From an uncultured candidate division Zixibacteria bacterium (GTDB lineage Bacteria; Zixibacteria; MSB-5A5; GN15; PGXB01): a stretch of 64,000 nt of DNA. A model generated the notes under the pieces. It was given only the letters and a program-made list of their open reading frames with translations, did no database searches and was not told the origin of the DNA. Positions 1-9,052 of this stretch are shown piece by piece (position 1 is the first letter of the stretch; every line of letters starts with the position of its first letter). Position numbers and translations under genes: made by a program. Where the stretch lies: contig OY969724.1 in assembly GCA_963702205.1 (NCBI GenBank), positions 3,712,001 to 3,776,000 on the forward strand. Direction: 5' to 3'.

Positions 1-1553
1 TCCAGCGAAGGCAGGCGGGCGATATAAGAACGGGTCGTGGTCACCTTCGGCCCGGATATTGCGTCGTTGTCCGCCAGCTCGAACTGGTAGATGACATAAT
101 CCGACGGCTTCAGCCCGAGCGGTTCGACATCCCAGGAGAATTTGACGTCGCCTTCGGTTTTAATCTTGTCGGAAAAATGAAGGATGGCGACGTTTTCTTC
201 GCCCATTTCCTTACCGGAAACGATTTTGTACTTAAGAACCAGCGATGTGAACCCGTAGTCATCGGATATATGCAGCGCGATCGGCACTTCCATTTCCTCA
301 TCGAGATTGATGTCCCGGCCGGGGCTGACCACGTCGATCACCGGATACTCGTCGGGCACCGCCGTGACATAGTACTCGATCGGGTCGGGGTTAACTTCGT
401 TCTGGTTGTCGAGCAAATGAATATGGTAACTTTTCGATTCATCTATTTTCAAGGATTGCTCGCCCGACTGACCGGTCAGGGCGAACGGAGTTTTGGAGGA
501 ATCGTTGAAAACCATCTCAGCCTGCTGCAGCGGACGGTTGGTTTCGATCTGTATGGTGGCGCGACTGCCGTACACGGCCGTAATATTGCCATCGTTCTCG
601 TCGATCACCTGCGGTTGCAGCCCGGTATACTTGGGATAAAAAACCGACAGCTTGATACCCGTCACGCGCGGACGGTCGACCACGTCGATGTGGGCCGTCT
701 CCGTCGTCAGACGCCCCGACTTGACATAATAGTCAATCGAGCGGCGAACCTGTTTGAGAGTCGTGTAGAAAACCAGCGAATCTCCGGTGTCGATTTTGTG
801 ACGAGGAAAATCTTTCAAATCCAGCGGCGCCTTCTGCCAGGTTCCCCCGGCGAACCGATAGTACACCACGGCGTCTTTGGGGAAGCTGTCTCCGGTCAGG
901 ATACCGCCCAGGTCGACGTCGCGGTACTTGATCGCCATTTTCGTGCCCGGATATCCGGACAGCGTGTATCCCAGCGGAGGTGCGATAACTTCGCCCGGGT
1001 GCGAATAAACTTTGTATGAAAAACTGAACAGCCCGGGGAAAATAAACAACAGCGCCAACGCCAGGGCCGTCGCCACCGCCAGTGTCCGGGCGCTTTTCCA
1101 GATCGGATAAGCCGAAAGGATTTCGTTGAAATTGTTACCGGATGACCTGTCATACGCCTGCACCAGCGTTTCTTCCATCAATTCACCGGAATACCCGGCA
1201 TAATTATTTCGATCGGCATAGGAAAACTGCAGTGCGGCGATCAGGCGGCCTTTGAGATCGGGAAACTTCTTTTCGAGTTTGAGCGCGGTCGCTTCCTGCG
1301 AACCGGTCAGGATTTTCGAAAAGACCAGCTTCCAGAACGCCCACAAGCCCGCTCCGGCCGATAAAACCAGCAGCACGGCCTTGGACCAGACCGGCAGGAT
1401 TATTACCCCCGCCAAAAGTGACAGAACTATCGCGGCCAAGAGCACCACGGCCGCCGTCCCGGCCAGACCGCCCGCGAATAAAATCAGCCTCTCTTTGAAG
1501 AGAGCGTTTCCTATTTTCTTCCTGAGTGCAGCTATTTTGTTTTTATTATCCAT
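1..1553 (-). CDS. DUF4175-like membrane-anchored protein, N-terminal part (runs off the window start)
   Basis: Read manually from ATG at 1553: MDNKNKIAALRKKIGNALFKERLILFAGG... with two N-terminal TM helices, an 'EKKFPDLKGRLIAALQF' motif and a further TM. Absent from the ORF track, consistent with having no stop in the window. Lies directly downstream of a DUF4159 gene, a common pairing. Confidence 0.7.
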   Translation of the reverse strand, partial: MDNKNKIAALRKKIGNALFKERLILFAGGLAGTAAVVLLAAIVLSLLAGVIILPVWSKAVLLVLSAGAGLWAFWKLVFSKILTGSQEATALKLEKKFPDLKGRLIAALQFSYADRNNYAGYSGELMEETLVQAYDRSSGNNFNEILSAYPIWKSARTLAVATALALALLFIFPGLFSFSYKVYSHPGEVIAPPLGYTLSGYPGTKMAIKYRDVDLGGILTGDSFPKDAVVYYRFAGGTWQKAPLDLKDFPRHKIDTGDSLVFYTTLKQVRRSIDYYVKSGRLTTETAHIDVVDRPRVTGIKLSVFYPKYTGLQPQVIDENDGNITAVYGSRATIQIETNRPLQQAEMVFNDSSKTPFALTGQSGEQSLKIDESKSYHIHLLDNQNEVNPDPIEYYVTAVPDEYPVIDVVSPGRDINLDEEMEVPIALHISDDYGFTSLVLKYKIVSGKEMGEENVAILHFSDKIKTEGDVKFSWDVEPLGLKPSDYVIYQFELADNDAISGPKVTTTRSYIARLPSL

Positions 1554-1572
1554 GTTGCACCACCCTGCAGAT

Positions 1573-2298
1573 TTAATGTGTCATAGCATAAACAAGGAGA
1601 TTCATCCCCATCCGGAGCGCCTTGAGACGTTTTTCCGGCGGGTCATTGTGTACTTGCGGGTCCTCCCAGCCGTCGCCGACGTCCGCCTCATAATCATAGA
1701 ACAGCACGACTCGCCCGTCGATTATGATCGCCCGCCCCTGCGGCGGTTTGCCGTCGTGCTCATGTATTTTCGGAGGCCCGGACGGAAAGTCGAAATAACA
1801 ATGGTACAGCTCGTTGTCGAACGGAAGCTCCACGAACTCGCGTTCGGGAAACAGGTGACGGACTTCCTCGCGCACCGACTTGTCCATACCATAGGAATCG
1901 TTGATGAATAAAAAGCCGCCGTGATTGAGGTACGAGCGCATCCGCTCACGCTCTTCATCGGTGAATTTCAAAACCCCGTGCCCGGTCGCGAACAGGAAGG
2001 GATGTTGGAACAGATCATCATCCATGACCTGCACCGATTTCTCTTCCATATTAACCGGGAAATTGCTGTTATCTTTTATGAATTTCAGCATGTTGGGAAT
2101 TGCCGATGAGCCCCAGTACCAGTCGCCCCCGCCGCCATAGTGCAGACGGGTGATCGATACCGCCGACGGATTCACTTTCTCCGTTTTGGGTAAAGCCAGA
2201 CCGCGCTGGGCCAGAATATCCTCAAGACTTTGCTGGGCTCCCACGGTCGCGAATAAAGACAAGAGCAGTATTACGGCGAGCAGGCTAACTTTTGGCAT
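1573..2298 (-). CDS. DUF4159 domain protein (signal peptide)
   Basis: Motifs YGGGGDWY, PFLFATGHG, GGFLFIND, PPKIHEHDG and GDGWEDPQVHND. Start moved to ATG 2298, which has an AAGGA SD. Confidence 0.85.
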   Translation of the reverse strand: MPKVSLLAVILLLSLFATVGAQQSLEDILAQRGLALPKTEKVNPSAVSITRLHYGGGGDWYWGSSAIPNMLKFIKDNSNFPVNMEEKSVQVMDDDLFQHPFLFATGHGVLKFTDEERERMRSYLNHGGFLFINDSYGMDKSVREEVRHLFPEREFVELPFDNELYHCYFDFPSGPPKIHEHDGKPPQGRAIIIDGRVVLFYDYEADVGDGWEDPQVHNDPPEKRLKALRMGMNLLVYAMTH

Positions 2299-2421
2299 AA
2301 CAATTCCTTGCGTGTACATAGTATATACTCCTGAAATCGACATTTTGGCGAAAAAAAACGAGCCGAACTTCTAAAATCATTGAAATATGGCCCAAAAATG
2401 ACTTCCCTTGCGTGTCAGTCC

Positions 2422-2449
2422 TTGACAACTGACGTAAAATCCATATTTT
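2422..2449 (+). promoter_or_regulatory. sigma70-type promoter candidate
   Basis: TTGACA-N16-TATTTT. The -35 box is flanked by the inverted repeat GTCAGT...ACTGAC. Confidence 0.4.
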
Positions 2450-2455
2450 ATATCT

Positions 2456-2673
2456 ATCAAGAGAGGTGATCCATTCATGGATCAAGTTATATCTATTGGC
2501 TGATCCATCAGGGGTTTGAGCACAACCCGGCTGCACTTACTGGTTTTGACGTCCTGTTGGGAGGATTTGAGATTCCGTGCAGGTTACGGCTGCCTAAGTG
2601 TTTATCCTGCATCTGGATGGATATGTGTGATTGGTGCGCATATGGGCTGGCTTAATGCTTTTATGCCCTTGAT
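2456..2673 (+). ncRNA. candidate rod-shaped ncRNA (6S-like?)
   Basis: Nested complementary segments: 2503-2509/2616-2622, 2518-2523/2598-2603, 2531-2536/2577-2582 and 2552-2555/2562-2565. Lies in a gene-free interval downstream of a promoter candidate. Confidence 0.35.
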
Positions 2674-2804
2674 TTTCTCCCCCCTCTGTCGATAATATTT
2701 TATATCTGGGTGGTGAGCACTCGCCCGGTCAAAAAATTAATTGAAGCACCGTTGTTTTCACTCGTAATTGTTAATCGTTCCAACCCCCGAAACGAGGTGG
2801 CCGA

Positions 2805-3179
2805 ATGGACAACAAGCGCAAGCTTGAAAGAAAACGGACCGGAGTCTATGTGGCGGTGTTCGACGTGCGCACGAATGCCAGTCTGGGATGCCTGGTCGAC
2901 ATCACGACCGCCGGACTCAGGCTGATGAGCACCAAAGCGATGCCGACCGATCGGCTGTATTCCATGCGTCTCGAAATTCCCGCTCCGATCTCCGGCTCGA
3001 AACTTATCGTGCTCGAAGCCAAAAGCGTCTGGTGTCGTAAGAACAAAGAAACCAGCCTCTTCGACGTCGGCTTCATTATCAAAGCATTATCCGAAGACAA
3101 CCTCCACCGACTCGAACTCTGGATAGAGCATCCGTCGTTTATAAAATCGGAAAGCCCGGTCGAAGAATCTCAGGGATGA
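2805..3179 (+). CDS. stand-alone PilZ domain protein (putative c-di-GMP receptor)
   Basis: RxxxR motif (RKLER) and DITTAG (a D/NxSxxG variant). VW motif in the beta-barrel part. GAGG SD. Confidence 0.8.
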   Translation: MDNKRKLERKRTGVYVAVFDVRTNASLGCLVDITTAGLRLMSTKAMPTDRLYSMRLEIPAPISGSKLIVLEAKSVWCRKNKETSLFDVGFIIKALSEDNLHRLELWIEHPSFIKSESPVEESQG

Positions 3180-3200
3180 AATAGACAAAGGACGGACCCA

Positions 3201-3235
3201 AAGGCGGCAGGTCGCAGGCCCTGCCGCCTTTTTTA
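3201..3235 (+). terminator. intrinsic terminator
   Basis: AAGGCGGCAG-N10-CTGCCGCCTT followed by a T run, just after the PilZ gene. Confidence 0.8.
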
Positions 3236-3352
3236 TAGTCTTATTTCATTACCTCCTATGGTTTGACGATCCCAACCTCCCAATATCCGCCTTGCCCCCG
3301 ATATTTTTTCGATTATATTGAAATATCATATTTTCTATTTTGGAGGGCGGTC

Positions 3353-3691
3353 ATGAAACATTCGTATAGAACCGTAGGCAATGTCGCCGTGGTAGAACTC
3401 AACGGCAAACTTATGGGCGAATCGGACGATCTGAAACTGATCGACATGTTCGACAAGCTCATCGCCGAAAATTATTTAAACATCGTCATGGACTTTTCCG
3501 GGGTCGAATGGACCAATTCGCGCGGGGTGGGCATCTGTCTGACCGGCCGCGACGCCTGCAAACAGCACGGCGGGGAGCTGATTATCGCGGGCGCCCGGGA
3601 TAAGGTCCTCAAGATTTTCGATGTCACCAACATGCGCCAGATATTCGAATATTATGATTCGGTTGACGCAGCCATTTCCAGCTTTGAGTGA
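3353..3691 (+). CDS. STAS domain anti-sigma factor antagonist (RsbV/SpoIIAA-like)
   Basis: VMDFSGVEWTNSRGVG (phosphorylatable Ser region), GGELII and VDAAI. GGAGG SD before ATG 3353. Confidence 0.85.
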   Translation: MKHSYRTVGNVAVVELNGKLMGESDDLKLIDMFDKLIAENYLNIVMDFSGVEWTNSRGVGICLTGRDACKQHGGELIIAGARDKVLKIFDVTNMRQIFEYYDSVDAAISSFE

Positions 3692-3712
3692 GGGATAATC
3701 AGGGGGTATATT

Positions 3713-4294
3713 TTGAGTACGAACACACAAAGGCTTTTGTCTTTCATATTAATCATCTTTGCGGCTATATCCATAACAAGCTGCTTCGGCCCGTTTTATA
3801 CTCAATTAGCCACATATTATGTTCAAAAGAACAAACAAGATTGGAATGTAAAGTTTGAAGGATATAATTTAAGTCTCCACGTTGTTTCTGTCGAAAGCAA
3901 TAATATAAAAGGCATCAATGATTTTTCGTTTCTAATAAGAGCGAAGTCGATAATTGAATACGGAAACGCCCCACAGCTGGACACAATACAAGCATTAAAA
4001 ATGGAACCAATTTGTGTATCCTTTTTCACTGACGACACTTCTTATTGTTTAGAAAACAAGACAAATTGGAAATATGAAATATCTTTCTTTGATAAGAAAA
4101 TCCAACAAGTACCTAAATGGGGTGCTTATTATGAAGGCCCTTCAATGATCAATTATAAAAAGAATGATAGCATATTGGTTACATTTAAGGCCATACTATA
4201 TTCGGATAGACAATATTCAAATATTATTAGTGAAAAGGAGTTTTCGAGCGTCTTGTATCGAAAATATAAAAAGACAATACCCTTGAGTGATTGA
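3713..4294 (+). CDS. hypothetical lipoprotein, paralog 1 (AT-rich)
   Basis: TTG start and lipobox-like ITSC. Shares SCFGPFYT..ATY and KEFSSVLYRKY with the next gene. Confidence 0.7.
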   Translation: MSTNTQRLLSFILIIFAAISITSCFGPFYTQLATYYVQKNKQDWNVKFEGYNLSLHVVSVESNNIKGINDFSFLIRAKSIIEYGNAPQLDTIQALKMEPICVSFFTDDTSYCLENKTNWKYEISFFDKKIQQVPKWGAYYEGPSMINYKKNDSILVTFKAILYSDRQYSNIISEKEFSSVLYRKYKKTIPLSD

Positions 4295-4338
4295 GTTTCG
4301 TAGGGTTATAACCATAAATAAAGGTTTGGAGTGACACA

Positions 4339-4917
4339 TTGTCCGCAATAGCAAAAAGAGTCTTATTTCTGACAGTAGCGGCATTAATGGCTGTATCCAT
4401 ATCAAGCTGTTTCGGCCCGTTTTATACGACATTGGCAACGTATTTTAAGACTGAGCGGAATAAAGATTATAATGTAGAGTTTGTTGATTATAAAATTAAT
4501 GTTATAGTAGCAGCTATAGAGAGGGACAATCGCGAGCCACTTGAGAACTTCGGAATCTCTCTGAGGGCTAAATCAAATCATAAATATGATATAAAAAAGT
4601 CGAAATCAATTGATACAGTAAACGCCATCAGAATTGAGCATTTGTGTATCTATACATTTTCCAATGATAGCACACAATGTCCCGGATTATTCAAGGACAC
4701 TTTATATTCGATTTTTCTGGAATCAAATCACATAATTCAAAAACCAAGGTGGGGCGGTTTTAATCCGGTATTCATCCCCGTGGATAATGATAGCATTAAA
4801 ATATCTTTTACGGCAATCATGTATGATGACAACACATACAGCAAGATACTGGACAAAAAGGAGTTTTCGAGCGTCTTATATCGCAAGTATAGAAAAGCAA
4901 TACCCTTAACCCGATGA
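4339..4917 (+). CDS. hypothetical lipoprotein, paralog 2 (AT-rich)
   Basis: TTG start with GGAG SD and lipobox-like ISSC. Tandem paralog of 3713..4294. Confidence 0.7.
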   Translation: MSAIAKRVLFLTVAALMAVSISSCFGPFYTTLATYFKTERNKDYNVEFVDYKINVIVAAIERDNREPLENFGISLRAKSNHKYDIKKSKSIDTVNAIRIEHLCIYTFSNDSTQCPGLFKDTLYSIFLESNHIIQKPRWGGFNPVFIPVDNDSIKISFTAIMYDDNTYSKILDKKEFSSVLYRKYRKAIPLTR

Positions 4918-4938
4918 GTTTCGACTGTATCCCATGGG

Positions 4939-4959
4939 CGGCAGACGCCCTCGCCTGCT
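4939..4959. repeat. REP-like short palindrome
   Basis: CGGCAGACGCCCTCGCCTGC is near-identical to CGGCAGACGCCCTCGTTTGCCG at 17126-17147. Confidence 0.5.
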
Positions 4960-5107
4960 ACGAACTAAATTGACTTTGCCCACAGCAAGCTGGGGGCGAC
5001 CCGGCCTCACAACGGCAACCCGAATCTTTCCTGAATTAAAACGCGGGCTTCGATTGAGAAGTATATGACACTTGATTGAATCTATTCCGCGCTGTAAATT
5101 GTGACAA

Positions 5108-5344
5108 ATGAAAACTTTTTTCGCGAAAATCTGGTCGGGGTGGAAAATCTTCGCGCGCGGCTTCGCCCGCGTCCAACTCGAAATCATCCTGTTCGTCTTC
5201 TATTTTCTGATCTACACCCCGTTCGGACTGATAATGAAACTGTTCGGGTTCGACCCGCTTCGCACCCGGCTGAAATCCGAAACCAACTGGCAGGACGCCG
5301 ACATCGGGCGCTTCGACAAAGAGCACGCCCGCCATCAGAGCTGA
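5108..5344 (+). CDS. SxtJ-family small membrane protein
   Basis: W..FA..FARVQ..IILFVFYFLIYTPFGLIMKLFGFDPL, located upstream of a carbamoyltransferase. Confidence 0.75.
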   Translation: MKTFFAKIWSGWKIFARGFARVQLEIILFVFYFLIYTPFGLIMKLFGFDPLRTRLKSETNWQDADIGRFDKEHARHQS

Positions 5345-5348
5345 TACT

Positions 5349-7089
5349 ATGAATATCCTCGGTATATCCTGCTTCTACCACGATTCGGCCGCGGCGCTTG
5401 TGACCGACGGCGTCCCGGTTGCCGCCGCACAGGAAGAGCGCTTCACCGGCCACAAGCACGACGCCGACTTCCCGGTCAACGCCATAAATTTCTGTCTGGA
5501 AAAATCCGGCCTCACGACGGATGATATTGACGCCGTCTTCTTTTACGACAAACCGTTTCTCAAATTCGACCGCATTTTAAACGGGTATCTTCAGACCGTC
5601 CCGATGTCGTACCGCGCTTTCCGCACCGCCGTCCCGGTCTGGCTTAGACAAAAACTTTGGACACCGCATATAATCAGATCGAAACTGAACTATCACGGCG
5701 ATATATATTTCATCGAGCACCACCTTTCCCACGCCGCCGGGTCGTACTATTCGTCTCCGTTCGACAAGGCCGCACTCTTGACCATCGACGGCGTCGGCGA
5801 ATGGGCGACCGCGTCGATCGGCCGGGCCGACGACAACGATATAAATATTATCAAGACCATGAACTACCCGCATTCGGTGGGACTGCTTTATTCGGCGTTT
5901 ACGTACTTTCTGGGATTCCGGGTCAATTCCTCAGAGTACAAAGTCATGGGTCTGGCACCGTACGGCCGACCCGTACACGCCGACCTGATCGAAAAGGAAA
6001 TCGTGAAAATATTCGACGACGGCTCAATACACTTGAACTTGAAATACTTCGAATTCCACCGGGGCCTGACGATGACCTCAAGACGGTTTGAAAGGCTGTT
6101 CGGGCGTCCGCGCCGCGAGGCGGGACAGGAAATCACCCAGTCAGACAAAGACGTCGCCGCTTCGATCCAGGCCGTCACTGAAAAAATAATTTTCGCCATG
6201 GCGCGGCACACCAAAGAGGTCACCGGGTTGGACAATCTCTGTATGGCCGGAGGCGTGGCCTTAAATTGCACCGCAGTCGGGAAACTGCTCAAAAGCGGCC
6301 TGTTCGAGCGGATTCACATCCAACCGGCTTCGTCGGACAGCGGCGGGGCGGTCGGAGCGGCGCTGTACGGCCACTATGCACTATCCGACCAGACCAAGAA
6401 AATTAATGCCGAACCATCGCCGCCGGGGCCGTCGGTACTCGGCTGGTCAGGTCGAGGAGTTCCTGAATCAAAACAACATGCCTAATAAAAAATACGCCCG
6501 GCCCGATCTGGCCCGCGAAGTCGCACGCCAGATAGCCGACGGCAAAATAGTCGCCCTATTTCACGGCCCGATGGAGTTCGGTCCCCGGGCGCTCGGTTTC
6601 AGGTCTATTCTGGCCGATCCGCGCGATCCCGACACCAAGCGCCGCCTCAACGAAGCGGTCAAATTCCGGGAGCCATTCCGGCCCTTCGCGCCAGTAGTAT
6701 TGGAGTCCCGCGCTTCGGAGTATTTCGACTGCGACCGGCCGTCGCCTTACATGCTGTTCAACTTCACCGTCCGCGAAGACAAACGGTCACAAATCCCAGC
6801 CGTTACGCACGCCGACAATACCGCCCGCATCCAAACCGTAAACGAAAAAAACAACGCGCTTTTGTTCGACGTCCTCACCGAATTCGACCGCCTGACCGGC
6901 GTCCCGGTGCTTCTGAATACGTCGTTCAATCTTCGCGGCTGGCCGATTGTCCGCACACCCGCGGCGGCTTTCAGCACGTTTATTTCATCGGGGATCGACG
7001 CTCTGGCCATGGAAGATTGTATTCTTGATAAAGCTGCAATAATCCCGGACGACTTTGAATCGTATAAAATCCGAAGCCGCTCCGATTGA
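5349..7089 (+). CDS. carbamoyltransferase (NodU/CmcH/SxtI family), split by a +1 frameshift at about 6435
   Basis: N-terminal ORF has ILGISCFYHDSAAAL, EHHLSHA, EYKVMGLAPYG and GGVALNC. C-terminal ORF has EFGPRALG.RSILADP, KFREPFRPFAP and LLNTSFN. Removing one G at 6434/6435 joins them as ...PPGPSYSAGQVEEFL. Confidence 0.85.
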
Positions 7090-7120
7090 CAAAGCGGCCC
7101 TTGAAGTGTAATTTGATTAA

Positions 7121-7318
7121 ATGCCCGGCAGGAAAAATATGAGCAGATGGCAATCGATAAAAGACCGCTTCGGCATCCTCGGCGAGTTCTGGTATTTCCT
7201 GAAGACGTCCCGCCGCTGGTGGCTGACTCCGATCGTACTGTTCCTGATATTTTTATCACTGCTGGTCGTCCTGACCGAATCCAGCGCGCTAGCCCCATTC
7301 ATATATTCGCTGTTTTAA
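7121..7318 (+). CDS. DUF5989/SxtK-like small membrane protein
   Basis: EFWYFLK..RRWWLTPIV and ALAPFIYSLF signature. Confidence 0.8.
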   Translation: MPGRKNMSRWQSIKDRFGILGEFWYFLKTSRRWWLTPIVLFLIFLSLLVVLTESSALAPFIYSLF

Positions 7319-7322
7319 TCCG

Positions 7323-8474
7323 ATGAAAAGTAACTCCTCCAAAAAAAGAAAACTCAAAAGCTGGCAAAAGATTTTAATTTTGATTCTGGCCATACCGGTT
7401 TTTCTGGCGTTCAGTGAAATCATTTTGAGAATAGTCCCGGTAAGTACATTTTTCGAAAACCGCTTTTTCCTCGTCAACCGGGCGCTCGACTACCCGGAGG
7501 TTTTCAAAAAGGACCGGCGTCTTCTCTGGCGGTTTCGTCCCTCGCAGGAAATTACATCGAAGTTTTTCGAGGGCAAAACCTATCGCATCAACTCGCTCGG
7601 TCTGCGCGGTGATGAAATACCGCCCAAATCGGACAAACTGCGTATCCTGCTTCTCGGCAATTCATGTACATTCGGCTGGGGTATGAGCGACAGTGCCACC
7701 TACGCTTATCAGCTGCAAAAGCTGATGAACGCCGATTCCACCATGCCGCCAGTCGAGATCATAAACGCCGGCATTCCGGGCTACAGTTCTTTTCAGGGAC
7801 GGCGATTCTATACTGAGGACTTGTACAAATTGCACCCCGATATAATCATGATGATGTTCGGCTGGAACGATCAATGGGCCGCGGCGGGTAATATACAGGA
7901 CAAGGATCAGAAATTCCCGCCCGACTGGATTCTCGCTTTGCAAAATACATTTTCGCGGCTCAGATTGTACGGTCTTCTGAGGCGCATCATTCTCGGAAGC
8001 ACCGAAGCCCCTCTCAAAGACAAGCTGTCGCTGAGCGACCAGCCGCAGTATCGGGTTTCTTTCGAGGATTTCCTGGCCAACGAGAAAACAATGGCGGTTT
8101 TCGCCCGACGCAACGGCACCGGCACGATTATTCTGACTTCACCGATACCGTCGCTGGAGCAGTACTATCCGCCCGGAAGTAAATCGTCGATGCACCGCTA
8201 TCACGAGTTTTACAACATGATGGCTCGTCAGGCGGCCCGCAATACCGGTTCGGCCCTGATCGATCTCGACGTCGCTTTTCTGTCAAGAGACAGTGTGTTC
8301 GACGATGCCCAGCGCGACCCGATTCATTTCAATGCGAGAGGACATCGGGCGGTCGCCGAGATTATTTATAAATATCTCAAAGACAACCCACAATATCTGG
8401 TGCCGCCGCAACCGCAAGTACCGTTTGTCGCACCCTGGGATACCAAAGAGCGCCGAAAAATAAAAATCTACTGA
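7323..8474 (+). CDS. membrane-anchored SGNH/GDSL hydrolase
   Basis: N-terminal TM, RINSLGLRG, LGNSCTFGWG, NAGIPGYSS, GWND and DPIHFNARGH. Confidence 0.85.
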   Translation: MKSNSSKKRKLKSWQKILILILAIPVFLAFSEIILRIVPVSTFFENRFFLVNRALDYPEVFKKDRRLLWRFRPSQEITSKFFEGKTYRINSLGLRGDEIPPKSDKLRILLLGNSCTFGWGMSDSATYAYQLQKLMNADSTMPPVEIINAGIPGYSSFQGRRFYTEDLYKLHPDIIMMMFGWNDQWAAAGNIQDKDQKFPPDWILALQNTFSRLRLYGLLRRIILGSTEAPLKDKLSLSDQPQYRVSFEDFLANEKTMAVFARRNGTGTIILTSPIPSLEQYYPPGSKSSMHRYHEFYNMMARQAARNTGSALIDLDVAFLSRDSVFDDAQRDPIHFNARGHRAVAEIIYKYLKDNPQYLVPPQPQVPFVAPWDTKERRKIKIY

Positions 8475-8971
8475 CCGGTCGCCGACCCGGTGTCGGATTC
8501 CTGCTCCATCGGTTCCTGGGTCATGGCCGGAGTAATCTTGAACGTCTTGCTCTCCAGCAGATTTCCGTTCGCGTCGAAAATCTTGACTTCCCAGTCCCCG
8601 ACCCATCCGGGCATGATGTTTTTGCTCGACCAGGTTCGCCACGATGAGCTTCGCACGGGAAGATCGACCGAACCCATTTCGTCACCGTTGAAATAGTACA
8701 CATGCCGCACGAACGTCGTGTCGGTCGCGCCGGTTACTTTACACCACGTAAACACTTTGCCGACGTCCGCGCCGAAGCTGTCGGCCATCCCGGTCGGCAT
8801 ACGGTCGGTGACACCGGAGCCAAGTTCCAATTCGACCTGAACGTCGGCGGCTTTCATAGCGGGCGCGGCCGCTTTGGACGTGTCGGCCATTTGCGTAGCG
8901 GGCGTTTCCTGCGCGGAAACCGCGGCGGCTGCCAGAAGCAGCGCCACTGCCAGAATCAGAAGCTTCTTCAT
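8468..8971 (-). CDS. secreted DUF2914-like protein
   Basis: Signal peptide, V.HVYY, SSSWRTWSSK and GDWEV. Confidence 0.7.
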   Translation of the reverse strand: MKKLLILAVALLLAAAAVSAQETPATQMADTSKAAAPAMKAADVQVELELGSGVTDRMPTGMADSFGADVGKVFTWCKVTGATDTTFVRHVYYFNGDEMGSVDLPVRSSSWRTWSSKNIMPGWVGDWEVKIFDANGNLLESKTFKITPAMTQEPMEQESDTGSATGQ

Positions 8972-9052
8972 ATTTATTCCTCCTCAAGTGATTTTCGTGA
9001 TTAAACAGGCGTGCTGTATCAAAAATAAACGTCTAACAGCCCAAAAAGACAA

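Noticed and set aside
177..1911. Long + strand ORFs 177..1019 and 1252..1911
   Set aside because: Antisense shadows of the minus-strand DUF4175-like and DUF4159 genes, with no recognisable motifs.
2477..2694. ATG 2477 with an SD, a TGA at codon 9 and an open frame beyond it, considered as a third selenoprotein
   Set aside because: The product is not protein-like, has no redox motif, and the following hairpin lacks the GGUC loop and spacing of the two good candidates.
5108..7318. Saxitoxin biosynthesis
   Set aside because: Only sxtI/J/K-like genes are present. No core sxtA/sxtG-type genes are in the window.
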